Origin: a virus | Direction: 5' to 3' (one strand) | IMG/VR virus record: IMGVR_UViG_3300030333_002570 | Location: 32,001-96,000 of that record | DNA length: 64,000 nt | Shown: positions 1 to 9,629 of the stretch, in pieces | Numbering within the stretch: position 1 is the first letter of the stretch | Layout: each line of letters begins with the position of its first letter | The notes under the pieces: model-generated | Seen by the model: only the letters and a program-made list of their open reading frames with translations | Told to the model about the DNA's origin: nothing | The model's database searches: none | Program-made: the position numbers and the translations under genes

Positions 1-902
1 GTATTAAAGAAGAAGCAGGAGTTGCTTTCTATTCAGGATTGAACTCTAATGGTGACCTATTCATTGGTAACCAGGTTATTAACCCAGTTACAGGTCAGGT
101 TACTTCAGAAGATATTGCACAGTTGAATGTTGTTGGTGAAGAAAATACCACTATTGAAACATTCTCTGAGGTTGTTCTTACTGATAAACTAACTGTTATT
201 GGTGGAGCATCTAACCAGTTAGAATCTATCTTTGCTGGTCCTGTTACATTCCAAGGTCTAACAACCTTTACAAGTAACCTACAGTCTAAGAAGATTTCAT
301 ACTTTAACCAAGATGGTACTGTTATTAAGCAGACATTACTTGCACCTAGACTTGCAAATGGTTTACCTGACTTCTCTAATATCACAGGGTATGATACTCC
401 TGCTGATGGTGACTTAGTTTATGATATTAATTGGCAACCAGGTTTATCTCTTGGATGGATCTATTATGGTCAAGCATGGAAAGAATTTGGTTTAACTGAT
501 ACTGGTAATATTAATATTGCTACAGATGGAACAGGTAATATTGGTTTAGGTGAAGCAGCACAATCAACAGAAAGAGTAAGAGTTAATGGTAATGTAAGAG
601 TTGACGGTGACTTGGTTGTTACTGGTCGAGGTGGTGTTTCTGCTGATAAGTATGTTACTAGAACATATACTGGTGATGGAACAACTCTTAACTTTGCTAT
701 TACTACTTACACAGGTGGTGTATCACATACAGCAAGTTCAGTATTAGTATTCTTAAATGGTGTTGCACAAATTGGTGGAACTACTGCTCAAGTTACTGGT
801 GGAACTGCTAACTACTCATGTAGTGGTACAAACGTAACATTTGGATCAGGTGATGCTCCTCTAGCAGCAGACACTGTTCACATTGTCGAATTACCTATCT
901 AA
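1..902 (+). CDS. C-terminal part of a long tail-fibre/virion structural protein (5' truncated by window edge)
   Basis: Frame is open upstream of the track's TTG at 39 (IKEEAGVAFYSGLNSNGDLFIGNQ). Gly/Thr-rich beta sequence; C-terminal YTGDGTTLNF...SVLVFLNGVAQ module typical of cyanomyophage fibres. Confidence 0.7.
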   Translation, partial: IKEEAGVAFYSGLNSNGDLFIGNQVINPVTGQVTSEDIAQLNVVGEENTTIETFSEVVLTDKLTVIGGASNQLESIFAGPVTFQGLTTFTSNLQSKKISYFNQDGTVIKQTLLAPRLANGLPDFSNITGYDTPADGDLVYDINWQPGLSLGWIYYGQAWKEFGLTDTGNINIATDGTGNIGLGEAAQSTERVRVNGNVRVDGDLVVTGRGGVSADKYVTRTYTGDGTTLNFAITTYTGGVSHTASSVLVFLNGVAQIGGTTAQVTGGTANYSCSGTNVTFGSGDAPLAADTVHIVELPI

Positions 903-929
903 ATATAAGCGAGGATCTTCTAATACGCT

Positions 930-1352
930 ATGGCAATATCTAGGATTAGTGGAAATCAGATCTCCACTTCAACAGCAGCAATTATAACAACTTTGAGTTT
1001 TCTAAACACTAATAGTGTTTTTAGGTTACCTGCAGGTACTACTGCTCAAAGACCAACAAGTGTTAGTGTAGGAACACTAAGATTTAATACTACATTAGAC
1101 GCTGCAGAAATTTATAAAGCAGATGATGGAACTGGAAGTGCAGGTTGGGCATCTGTATCTGGTGGTGGACCCGCTATAGGAACTGATAGTGTTGTTAGAA
1201 CAAATCCTAATACTATTGGAGAGAATCTTACTATTGGTCCTACAGCAAATAATGGTAGTGAATATGCTAACGGAATGACCGCAGGTCCGATAACGGTGAA
1301 CACAGGTTTCACGGTCACCGTAGAATCAGGAGCATCCTGGAGTATAGTATAA
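930..1352 (+). CDS. Small tail-fibre-associated protein with LPxGTTAQRP module
   Basis: FRLPAGTTAQRP...GTLRFNTTLDAAEIY motif; C-terminal AGPITVNTGFTVTVESGASWSIV. Confidence 0.6.
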   Translation: MAISRISGNQISTSTAAIITTLSFLNTNSVFRLPAGTTAQRPTSVSVGTLRFNTTLDAAEIYKADDGTGSAGWASVSGGGPAIGTDSVVRTNPNTIGENLTIGPTANNGSEYANGMTAGPITVNTGFTVTVESGASWSIV

Positions 1353-2398
1353 TGGAATTAAAAGTAAACACTATTCGTGGTCTGTCTCCTGATTTCAGAA
1401 CCGACGTAGTGGATACTCTTGAGATGGGTGCTGAAGTAAAGTTACTCAATCAACAGTATCTTCCCGTACCTGCAGGTAGTGGATCAACTAGACCACCAGC
1501 AGCACAAGATGGTGCTATACGTTTTAATACCGATAGTGGTAAGATGGAATATTATGTTGGTAATGGATGGCAAATAGTAACAGATATTTCTGAAGAAGGT
1601 GGTGGTGGAAGTGCTGGTCCATATGTTGATGTTGATGCTCCTGCAAATAGAATAGAATGTTTCTGGGATGGTGCTCCTGCAAATGTTTCTGGAAATACAT
1701 GGTCATCATCAGCAGCACACCCCAATGTATCTAATGCTAACTGCATAATGCAGAACAGTCCATCATGGAACTCAGCGATTAGTGGTGGTGATGGAACTAT
1801 GGGATATTGGAACTTTAATGGATCTAACCAGTATGGTTACATTAGAGAACTTAACTATAGTCAAGGTGGACAACACGGACCTAGTAATAATGGTAGGTTA
1901 TCAGAATTTACTATGGGAACTTGGTTTAGAACTTCTTACGGTTCACCAGGTGGTAATACTTGGGACTCTGGAAACTGGTCATGGTTAGACTGGGATAGAT
2001 CAGAAGTTATATCATGGAACATTGGAACAACTGGAAAGGTACAGTTCTCTGGTTATAGTAACGCTGGTGGTTATTATGATATAACTGGTAATACATCATG
2101 TAATGATGGTCAATGGCACTTTGGTGCTTGCACTGTATCATCTGCTGATAGTCGAATAAGATTTTATGTTGATGGACAACCTGATGGTTCTCATAGTCAT
2201 AGTTTCTCATACTTTGGGGCAAGAACTAGACGTTGGGGATTCATTGGAGATGGTTCAGAAGCAGGTGGAGAAAATGGTTCTAGAAACAATGTTTACTATG
2301 ATGGTGATATAGCACAGCAATTCTTATTATCAATTAAATGGACTGATGCACAAGTATTAGATCATTATACTAAAACTAGAACAAGGGTAGGTGTATAA
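1352..2398 (+). CDS. Tail-fibre/adhesin protein with C-terminal LamG/concanavalin A-like domain
   Basis: N-terminal VPAGSGSTRP..GAIRFNT module; LamG hallmarks YWNFNG, FTMGTWFRT, DGQWHF..CT, RFYVDG, YYDGDIAQ. Confidence 0.7.
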   Translation: MELKVNTIRGLSPDFRTDVVDTLEMGAEVKLLNQQYLPVPAGSGSTRPPAAQDGAIRFNTDSGKMEYYVGNGWQIVTDISEEGGGGSAGPYVDVDAPANRIECFWDGAPANVSGNTWSSSAAHPNVSNANCIMQNSPSWNSAISGGDGTMGYWNFNGSNQYGYIRELNYSQGGQHGPSNNGRLSEFTMGTWFRTSYGSPGGNTWDSGNWSWLDWDRSEVISWNIGTTGKVQFSGYSNAGGYYDITGNTSCNDGQWHFGACTVSSADSRIRFYVDGQPDGSHSHSFSYFGARTRRWGFIGDGSEAGGENGSRNNVYYDGDIAQQFLLSIKWTDAQVLDHYTKTRTRVGV

Positions 2399-2655
2399 TG
2401 AGTCAGATTAAACTTGGAAAATTACAGGGAACGGCAACAAATCTTAATCAGGTTACTATTGAACCTGGATATAAATTAAGAATAGCATCTGAAGGTACTA
2501 TAGATATGGTAGGGACTGGTGCATTCCAGTTACCTAGTGGTACTACTGCTCAACGTCCTGCTTCACCACAGGCAGGTTACATGCGTTGGAATACAACTAC
2601 TACTGAAGCAGAATTTTATAATGGAACTGAATGGAAGAATCTATCTGAAGAATGA
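2398..2655 (+). CDS. Short tail-fibre-associated protein (LPSGTTAQRP module only)
   Basis: FQLPSGTTAQRPASPQAGYMRWNTTTTEAEFYNGTEW; coupled to both neighbours. Confidence 0.6.
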   Translation: MSQIKLGKLQGTATNLNQVTIEPGYKLRIASEGTIDMVGTGAFQLPSGTTAQRPASPQAGYMRWNTTTTEAEFYNGTEWKNLSEE

Positions 2656-3737
2656 GCACTATTAACGTCAACGAACTAAGAGGACACGAGACCACTGATT
2701 TCAGGGTTCAGATGCCTAGTGATGCTTATATTAATGTTAATGGCACACTTGAAGTTGAGTCTGGGTCATCACAATTTTGTTTACCAAAAGGAACTACTGG
2801 TCAAAGACCAACTAGTCCTACTGCTGGTATGATAAGATATAATACCGATTCATCTCAATTAGAATGGTATAATGGAACTGAATGGAAAGTAAAGGGTGGA
2901 CCTGTTGCTGATCCTAGTGGGGATGAAGGTGAGGGAGAACCAGAACCAGAACCACCATATACTGATCTTGATTCTGGGTCTGCTACTGTTGAATGTTTCT
3001 GGGATGGTGCTTCCGATCAAGTTAGTGGTAGTACATGGTTATCTAAAGAACAGCATCCTAATCTAAGTAATGCTAATTGTGAAATGGTTAATAGTCCTAC
3101 CTATACTTCATCAGTACCTGGTGGAGATGGATCTATTGGATATTGGAACTTTAATGGATCTAACCAGTATGGTTGGATTAGAGATTTGAATTATAGTCAA
3201 GGTGGATCACATGGTCCTAATAATAATGGTAGGTTATATAATTTTACAATGGGTATCTGGTTTAGAACTACATATGGAACACCAAATACAGGTGGTGGTT
3301 GGGACTCTGGAAACTGGTCATGGTTAGATTGGGATAGATCTGAAGTTATTTCTTGGAACATTGGTACTGCTGGTAAACTTCAGTTCTCTGGTTACAGTAA
3401 CAATGGTGGTTATTATGATATTACAGGTAATGCAACTTATAATGATGGGAACTGGCACTTTGGTGTTTGTACTGTATCAGCAGATAATAATCAGATAAAA
3501 TTTTATGGTGATGGTATAGCAGATGGTTCTCATAGTCATAGTTTTTCATACTTTGGAGCAAGAACTAGACGTTGGGGATTTATAGGGGATGGTTCTGAAG
3601 CAGGTAGTAATAATAGTAGTAGAAACAACGTTTATTATGAAGGTGATATAGCACAACTATTTTTAATTAATGAAGTTTGGTCTGAGTCAAAACAATTAGA
3701 ACATTATAATAAAACTAAAACTCGTTTCGGGCTATAA
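2652..3737 (+). CDS. Tail-fibre/adhesin protein with LamG domain, paralog of 1352..2398
   Basis: LPKGTTGQRP module; LamG region shares long identical peptides with 1352..2398 (WDSGNWSWLDWDRSEVISWNIGT, DGSHSHSFSYFGARTRRWGFIGDGSEAG). Confidence 0.7.
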   Translation: MSTINVNELRGHETTDFRVQMPSDAYINVNGTLEVESGSSQFCLPKGTTGQRPTSPTAGMIRYNTDSSQLEWYNGTEWKVKGGPVADPSGDEGEGEPEPEPPYTDLDSGSATVECFWDGASDQVSGSTWLSKEQHPNLSNANCEMVNSPTYTSSVPGGDGSIGYWNFNGSNQYGWIRDLNYSQGGSHGPNNNGRLYNFTMGIWFRTTYGTPNTGGGWDSGNWSWLDWDRSEVISWNIGTAGKLQFSGYSNNGGYYDITGNATYNDGNWHFGVCTVSADNNQIKFYGDGIADGSHSHSFSYFGARTRRWGFIGDGSEAGSNNSSRNNVYYEGDIAQLFLINEVWSESKQLEHYNKTKTRFGL

Positions 3738-3740
3738 ATA
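3733..3740 (+). promoter_or_regulatory. T4-type late promoter TATAAATA
   Basis: Exact TATAAATA followed by AGGAG RBS and ATG at 3765. Confidence 0.8.
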
Positions 3741-3764
3741 TAAACATAGGAGTTATAGTATAAC

Positions 3765-4598
3765 ATGGCATCAGGTAAATTAACTATAGAAACCGCAAGT
3801 TCGAGTGTAGGTATTAATTTACCATTACATCCTGCTGAGAACTTACCTCAAGGAACAGTGGGTGATATTTGTTATGTTAAATCGTCTAACACTGCTGGTA
3901 GTTTGTATTTGTATACACCAAATGCTGATGGAAGTGCTAATAATTGGGTGAATACTGCACCTGGATCCTCTGAACCACCAGGTACTGCTTCTAACCCTGC
4001 TGCTTCTCCTAAAGCTATTAGAGATGCTGGTATAACTGCTGACGGGATATATTATATTGATACGGGTTCATTAGGAGTTCAACAAGTATATGTTAAGTTT
4101 GATTCGTTTGCTGGTGGTAGTATAGGTTCTACTAATGCTTGGGCATTAGTAAGTAGACATAACTCATATTCATATAGTAGTTACAATCAATATGGATACT
4201 TAGATTCTATTGAGACAACAACCTTTGGAACTAATAGTACAAGTGGTTGGTGGATAGATCAAAATGTATCTGGTAGAGGATGGTTGAATGATGTTAACTG
4301 GGTTTGTTATGAAGATACTAGTTTAGGACACTGGGCAACTGAAGCACAATCTGCTACACTATGGCAGACTTCGTTTATTCATACAACTTCATCTGGTTAT
4401 CCTTCAAATATAAGTTATACATTTAACTCATCATCTTGGGATGCTTCTGGTGGTGCTGTTGTATGTTGGTGTGAAGGTGTTGGATGCACAGAACACATAG
4501 AAGATAATAATGGTGGTGCATGTAGTGGAACGGATAGAATTAGAAATGATAATTATGGTGGAACTTCTCTTTTAAGGTATTGGGTAGCAGTAATATAA
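3765..4598 (+). CDS. Tail-fibre-associated protein with probable fibrinogen/intelectin-like head
   Basis: NPAASPKAIRDAGITADGIYYID...VYVKFD...WALVSR resembles the fibrinogen-C N-terminal motif; Cys-rich C-terminus. Confidence 0.5.
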   Translation: MASGKLTIETASSSVGINLPLHPAENLPQGTVGDICYVKSSNTAGSLYLYTPNADGSANNWVNTAPGSSEPPGTASNPAASPKAIRDAGITADGIYYIDTGSLGVQQVYVKFDSFAGGSIGSTNAWALVSRHNSYSYSSYNQYGYLDSIETTTFGTNSTSGWWIDQNVSGRGWLNDVNWVCYEDTSLGHWATEAQSATLWQTSFIHTTSSGYPSNISYTFNSSSWDASGGAVVCWCEGVGCTEHIEDNNGGACSGTDRIRNDNYGGTSLLRYWVAVI

Positions 4599-4602
4599 TG
4601 TA

Positions 4603-4986
4603 ATGGATTTTGCGAATTTATCTGAGGATATGCTACATTCTGGCATACCTATTGACTTAGTGGCAAAAGAAATCCGAATGCTTGCTTATAATCATATGAT
4701 AGATCAAGGTATTATGGAAATTAATGCTGAGGCATTTGCTGAGGATATGCGTCAGAGTGTTTATAAGTTACAGGAGAATAAACTCGAAAAAATTTCTCAA
4801 GGAAAAATTGACTCTTTAGAGTCTTCATATAAGGTTACTGATCTTGATATGAAGATGTCAATTTGTATGGATTGTGAGTTTCTTATGAAACCTGATAGCA
4901 TATATAAAAAATGTCAGAAATGCGGTTGTTTCATGGAACTCAAATGGAGAGTACCAGGAATGAAATGTCCTATAGGTCTATGGTAA
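4603..4986 (+). CDS. Small protein with C-terminal Cys cluster (putative Zn/Fe binding)
   Basis: ICMDCEFL...KKCQKCGCFMELKWRVPGMKCPIGLW. Confidence 0.6.
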   Translation: MDFANLSEDMLHSGIPIDLVAKEIRMLAYNHMIDQGIMEINAEAFAEDMRQSVYKLQENKLEKISQGKIDSLESSYKVTDLDMKMSICMDCEFLMKPDSIYKKCQKCGCFMELKWRVPGMKCPIGLW

Positions 4987-5013
4987 TAAATAACTTTATA
5001 TTGGTAGAATAAA

Positions 5014-5214
5014 ATGCCCTATTTCGCTTATAAAAAATCAGGTGCTGCTGCAAATACTGATTCATCTGCTCCCGATCACGATGTCTTCTGTTGTGGTAAC
5101 GGAATCTGGAGTGATGTCTATGCTGATAGAAAATTACATGCCTATGCACACTCTGCTGAATTTGATGGTGGGGAAGGATGTATAGTTGTAGAAGACTCAT
5201 CATACACCCCATAA
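5014..5214 (+). CDS. Hypothetical protein
   Basis: 66-aa ORF after a late-promoter-like TAATAAATA at about 4984. Confidence 0.5.
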   Translation: MPYFAYKKSGAAANTDSSAPDHDVFCCGNGIWSDVYADRKLHAYAHSAEFDGGEGCIVVEDSSYTP

Positions 5215-5218
5215 TCCT

Positions 5219-5226
5219 TATAAATA
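5219..5226 (+). promoter_or_regulatory. T4-type late promoter TATAAATA
   Basis: Exact consensus 35 bp upstream of ATG 5261. Confidence 0.8.
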
Positions 5227-5260
5227 CAACAGAACCAGAGAACCCATTTGATGCTTAACT

Positions 5261-6310
5261 ATGTCTACAGTAAATGCTGGAACGCTTAATGTCACAAGTA
5301 CGCTAAATCTCCCGTCTTATACAAAGACGCAAAGGGATGCACTATCGCCTACTGCTGGACAAATGATATACAATTCAACTGATGGATCAGTTGATGTTTG
5401 GGACGGAACTGACTGGAAATCTGCTGTTGGATCTTCAGAGTCATTTATTGTTGCAAGTGGTGGAACTGAATCTACAAGTGGAAATTATAAAATTCATACA
5501 TTTAATAATACCTCAACTTTTACGGTAACTGGTGCTGGTGATGAAACAAATGGTAAGGTTGATTACTTAGTCGTTGCTGGTGGAGGCGGTGGAGGTGGTT
5601 TTGCTTCTGGTGACTTCAACAACTTTGGATCTGGTGGAGGTGGTGGTGCTGGTGGTATGCTTGCTGCTGGTGGATATAATTATACTGTTAATGCTACATC
5701 ATATCCTGTAAGTGTTGGTGGTGGAGGAACTGGAGGAACTGGTAACTCTGCTGGACAACCTGGTGGAAATAGTACCTTTGGATCTTCTATCACTGCTACT
5801 GGCGGTGGAGGTGGAGGTCAACAGGATAAACCAGGACAACCTGGTGGATCTGGTGGTGGATCTGGAACTGATGGTGACGGATATAACCAACCTAGAGGAA
5901 CAGGAACTCCTGGACAAGGATATCCTGGTGGTAGAGGTGCATCTTCACAGAATGGAACTTCTGGAGGAGGTGGTGGAGCATCACAGGCAGGAGAAGATGG
6001 ATATAATAGACCAAACTCCAGACCTGCAAATGGAGGAAATGGAACTGCAAATTCAATTAGCGGTTCTTCGGTAACTTATGCAGGTGGTGGCGGTGGTGCT
6101 AATTATCCAGGTGGTCCTCATAACCCTAATGGTGGTTCAGGTGGTGGCGGTAATGGTGCTTTATCTCCTACTGAAAGTGGTTATGCAGGTACTGATGGAC
6201 TTGGAGGAGGTGGCGGAGGTGCTGCTGACCAAGATCCTCGTCAGTATCCAGAACCAAAAGGCGGTAATGGTGGTAAAGGTATCGTAATCATTAAGTATAA
6301 GTATCAGTAA
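5261..6310 (+). CDS. Glycine-rich tail-fibre/adhesin-like protein
   Basis: N-terminal LPSYTKTQRDAL..AGQMIYNST module; YKIHTF, VDYLVVAGGGGGG, poly-Gly loops, GGKGIVIIKY terminus. Confidence 0.7.
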   Translation: MSTVNAGTLNVTSTLNLPSYTKTQRDALSPTAGQMIYNSTDGSVDVWDGTDWKSAVGSSESFIVASGGTESTSGNYKIHTFNNTSTFTVTGAGDETNGKVDYLVVAGGGGGGGFASGDFNNFGSGGGGGAGGMLAAGGYNYTVNATSYPVSVGGGGTGGTGNSAGQPGGNSTFGSSITATGGGGGGQQDKPGQPGGSGGGSGTDGDGYNQPRGTGTPGQGYPGGRGASSQNGTSGGGGGASQAGEDGYNRPNSRPANGGNGTANSISGSSVTYAGGGGGANYPGGPHNPNGGSGGGGNGALSPTESGYAGTDGLGGGGGGAADQDPRQYPEPKGGNGGKGIVIIKYKYQ

Positions 6311-6315
6311 AAACT

Positions 6316-6882
6316 ATGGCACATTTTGCAAAAATCGAAAAAAGAACAGGCACAGTCGTAGATGTTGTTGCTGTTGCCGATAGTGACACACAAACTGCTG
6401 CAGGTGTAGAGAAGGAATACATTGGTATTGATTTCCTTAAGAAAGTATTTCCTGATACTGCTGCATTATATGATTGGAGACAAACATCATACAATGCTTA
6501 TAAAGGTAGGCATAGAAAAGAAGTTGATGGATCCCTTGTGTGGGATCAGAAACCATGTCTAAGAAAGAATTATGCTGCTATTGGTGGAAAATATGATTAT
6601 ATGAGAGATGCTTTTATTGCACCACCTAATAATCCTAACAATCAAGTCCTAAATGAGGATACTTGTCATTGGGATACCATAACACAAGCAAATCAAACTA
6701 CAACAAATGAGGGTGGACCTCTTGACTATACGGACACTTCCGACTATAGTGATAACTCTAAGATGACTCCTGCCACGTGGGAGTGGACTAATGAGACAAG
6801 AACTTATGTCTCTAAAACTGCTCAAGTTGTAAAACCAGCAGTATATCAGTACAATTCCTCTACTAATACTTGGGAAGCATGA
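6316..6882 (+). CDS. Hypothetical protein commonly adjacent to Gly-rich fibres (possible assembly chaperone)
   Basis: MAHFAKI...WRQTSYN...LRKNYAAIGGKYDYMRDAFIAP motif. Confidence 0.55.
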   Translation: MAHFAKIEKRTGTVVDVVAVADSDTQTAAGVEKEYIGIDFLKKVFPDTAALYDWRQTSYNAYKGRHRKEVDGSLVWDQKPCLRKNYAAIGGKYDYMRDAFIAPPNNPNNQVLNEDTCHWDTITQANQTTTNEGGPLDYTDTSDYSDNSKMTPATWEWTNETRTYVSKTAQVVKPAVYQYNSSTNTWEA

Positions 6883-6896
6883 CCCTTTAAATTATT

Positions 6897-7409
6897 ATGA
6901 TTACATCATGGTTTGCGAAAGCGATCTACTTTGAACCGAATATACTTTTAGATAAATTACCTACTTATGAAACTAATATCAAGCAATCACTTGATAAAGT
7001 AGGAACTATTCGTACAGAGTTAGTCAATGTAGATTCTACATCTAATACAAGAAAGAACCTATTTGAGGTTGTTGAATTAGATGGTTTAAGAGAACAGTTA
7101 TATAAACATGCAATAGCATTTGCAAAGGAGATTGGATATAAAGAAGATATTACTTTTAATAATGTTTGGACTGAAATAGGTAAGAAAGGTGATTATGCTT
7201 TTCCCCGTAATTTTCCTAGATCTGTAGTATCTGGGGTTTTTTATGTCAAATCATCAATGGATGATAGTATTAAATTTTTTGAAGGTAGTAATTATCAAGC
7301 AATAAAATGTGTTCCTGGATCTATAGTTTTATTTCCTAGTGAAGTTATGTATGGCATGACATCACAATTAGCAGAAGAAAGTATTTCTATATCATTTACT
7401 TTAGGATGA
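6897..7409 (+). CDS. Degenerate putative 2OG-Fe(II) oxygenase (TIGR02466-like fold, no metal-binding His)
   Basis: VW....KGDYAFPRNFPRSVVSGVFYV...PGSIVLFPSEVMYGM...ISISF aligns with the family, but the HxH and distal His are replaced. Confidence 0.55.
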   Translation: MITSWFAKAIYFEPNILLDKLPTYETNIKQSLDKVGTIRTELVNVDSTSNTRKNLFEVVELDGLREQLYKHAIAFAKEIGYKEDITFNNVWTEIGKKGDYAFPRNFPRSVVSGVFYVKSSMDDSIKFFEGSNYQAIKCVPGSIVLFPSEVMYGMTSQLAEESISISFTLG

Positions 7410-8017
7410 AGGAGTATATAATACCATCTACTAATTTTATTGGAGCATGGTTTATTGATGATAAAGTATGTGATGGATTGATTTCGTACTTTGATGAGAG
7501 TCCAGACCAAGGACCAGGAGAGATTGGGCAAGGAGTAAATGAAGAATATAAAGTATCAACTGATGTAGCAGTTATACCAAGGGTTAAAGATGAAAGAATA
7601 CAAATATATCTTGACACATTAGGAAGAGTATGCGATAATTACATCGAACGTTATCCTTGGTGTTCTACTAATCATAGTGGTTGGGGTATAAACACTAATT
7701 TTAATATACAAAAATATAATCCTGGTGAGGGATTTTATGGTTGGCATACTGAAAGATCAACTTATAAAGATCTAGTAGGAACTAGACACTTGACATTTAT
7801 GACATATTTAAATAATGTCACAGATGGTGGTGAAACTGAATGGTATCATCAAGGTCTAAAGATACAACCACAAAAAGGATTAACTGTCATTTGGCCCTGT
7901 GATTGGACACATACACATAGAGGTGTACCATCACCAACCCAAGTTAAGTATATAACTACAGGGTGGTATACTTATAAGGTAGAAGGTTTTGATTACTCAG
8001 AGTTTAATGGAGGTTAG
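7406..8017 (+). CDS. 2OG-Fe(II) oxygenase (prolyl 4-hydroxylase-like)
   Basis: YGWHTE...TFMTYLNNVTDGGET...VIWP..WTHTHRG...KYITTGW. Confidence 0.85.
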   Translation: MKEYIIPSTNFIGAWFIDDKVCDGLISYFDESPDQGPGEIGQGVNEEYKVSTDVAVIPRVKDERIQIYLDTLGRVCDNYIERYPWCSTNHSGWGINTNFNIQKYNPGEGFYGWHTERSTYKDLVGTRHLTFMTYLNNVTDGGETEWYHQGLKIQPQKGLTVIWPCDWTHTHRGVPSPTQVKYITTGWYTYKVEGFDYSEFNGG

Positions 8018-8635
8018 ATGAACTTAAATTATACTTACTGGTATTTTCAGGGTGTTATTAAACCTGAGATATGTGATCGTATTATTAATATAGGTAAAGA
8101 TCTTAATATTAAACGAGGTGAAGTCAATAGGGAAGAGACTAAACGAATAGAAGAATATAGTGAAGAAGAAATGAATGATCTCTTAAAGTTTAGAGATTCA
8201 CATATTTCATGGATAGATGAACCTTGGGTTCATAATTTAATTAAACCACTCATTCAAAAAGCAAATGAGATGGCAGGTTGGAATTTTCAGTGGGATTGTA
8301 CTGAGATTATGCAGTTTACCATTTATAATGAGGGTCAATATTATGAATGGCATCCAGATCAACATCATTATGTGTATGGTGATGACCAACATGAAAGTAT
8401 GAGAGGAAAATATAGAAAACTATCATCTACATTACTATTAAATGATCCTAGTGAGTTTGAAGGTGGTGATCTTGAATTTCATTATAATAGAAAAGATCAA
8501 TGTGTTGCTAAAGAATTGAATAAACAAGGATCATTAGTTGTATTTCCATCATTTGTATATCATAGAGTACTACCTGTTACTAAAGGAACTAGGTATTCTC
8601 TTGTCAGTTGGAATTTAGGAGATCCATTCAAATGA
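8018..8635 (+). CDS. 2OG-Fe(II) oxygenase (PKHD-type)
   Basis: YEWHPD...RKLSSTLLLNDPSEFEGGDL...VFPSFVYHRVLPVTKGTRYSLVSW. Confidence 0.88.
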   Translation: MNLNYTYWYFQGVIKPEICDRIINIGKDLNIKRGEVNREETKRIEEYSEEEMNDLLKFRDSHISWIDEPWVHNLIKPLIQKANEMAGWNFQWDCTEIMQFTIYNEGQYYEWHPDQHHYVYGDDQHESMRGKYRKLSSTLLLNDPSEFEGGDLEFHYNRKDQCVAKELNKQGSLVVFPSFVYHRVLPVTKGTRYSLVSWNLGDPFK

Positions 8636-9150
8636 TTTATATCTCACAAGTTCAAATACCATGCCAAGAAGAGATTATTCAGTTGTTTAAGGATAATTTT
8701 CTTAGCACCTATGTTTGGGATGAAACAAGAGTTCTCAGTATGGATAGAGGTGGTATTGGGGATAAAGTAAAATCTGATACTTATAAAAAAATATATGAAA
8801 TAGTAAAAGATGTTAAGAGGAGGGTATACCATGACAATAGATTTTCTGTATTACAGAATGTAGAGATAGTTAAGTATCCTTGTGGTGCATGTAAAGGATT
8901 TCATTATGATAGAGCAAGACCTACAACAACTGGTGCATCAATTACATATATTAATGATGATTATATTGGTGGACATACTATAGTTGAAGGTGTTGATGTA
9001 CAACCTTTATCTGGTAGAACAGTTTACTTTGATGGAATGGAATTTCGTCATGGTGTAAGTAATGTTGTAAAGAGGGATAGATATACTATATCAATGTGGT
9101 ATGGTAAAGATAAATCTATGCCACTTAATGATGAATTTCTGGAGATTTAA
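8608..9150 (+). CDS. 2OG-Fe(II) oxygenase
   Basis: KGFHYD...YINDDYIGGHT...FRHGV..V.KRDRYTISMW; true start probably ATG 8632. Confidence 0.75.
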   Translation: MEFRRSIQMIYISQVQIPCQEEIIQLFKDNFLSTYVWDETRVLSMDRGGIGDKVKSDTYKKIYEIVKDVKRRVYHDNRFSVLQNVEIVKYPCGACKGFHYDRARPTTTGASITYINDDYIGGHTIVEGVDVQPLSGRTVYFDGMEFRHGVSNVVKRDRYTISMWYGKDKSMPLNDEFLEI

Positions 9151-9152
9151 CT

Positions 9153-9629
9153 ATGAAATGTGTAAATGACTTCTTAGATGAGGGATTATTTAAGAAAATA
9201 CAAGATGATATATTTGATAAGGATTCAACTCCTTGGTTCTGTATACCAGATATATCTGGTGAAGGTAAAGAAAAGGATGCTTACTTCTGTCATATGCTTT
9301 ATGACCAAGAAAGACCATGCAGTAACAAATATTGGATTGCTGAAGCACTGAAGTTTGTTATAGATGCAAAAGCATTAATTAGAGTAAAGGTAAATCTATA
9401 CCCTAGAACAGATACTTTAGTTCATCATACACCACATACTGATTTTGATTTTGACCATAAAGCAGCAGTATTATCTTTGAATACATGTGATGGTCATACT
9501 AGTATTAAAGGTATGACAGTTCCTTCAAGAGCAAATAGAATAGTATTTTTTGACCCTCAAGAACCTCATAATAGTACTAATTGCACTGACCAACAATTTA
9601 GAGCAAATATTAATATCAATTATTTTTAA
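9153..9629 (+). CDS. 2OG-Fe(II) oxygenase-like protein
   Basis: HTPHTDF...ANRIVFFD..EPHNST...RANININY. Confidence 0.7.
   Translation: MKCVNDFLDEGLFKKIQDDIFDKDSTPWFCIPDISGEGKEKDAYFCHMLYDQERPCSNKYWIAEALKFVIDAKALIRVKVNLYPRTDTLVHHTPHTDFDFDHKAAVLSLNTCDGHTSIKGMTVPSRANRIVFFDPQEPHNSTNCTDQQFRANININYF

Noticed and set aside
1352-3737. Paralogous adhesin heads interpreted as a diversity-generating retroelement (TR/VR)
   Set aside because: No reverse transcriptase in the window, both copies are intact genes, and differences are not confined to adenines.
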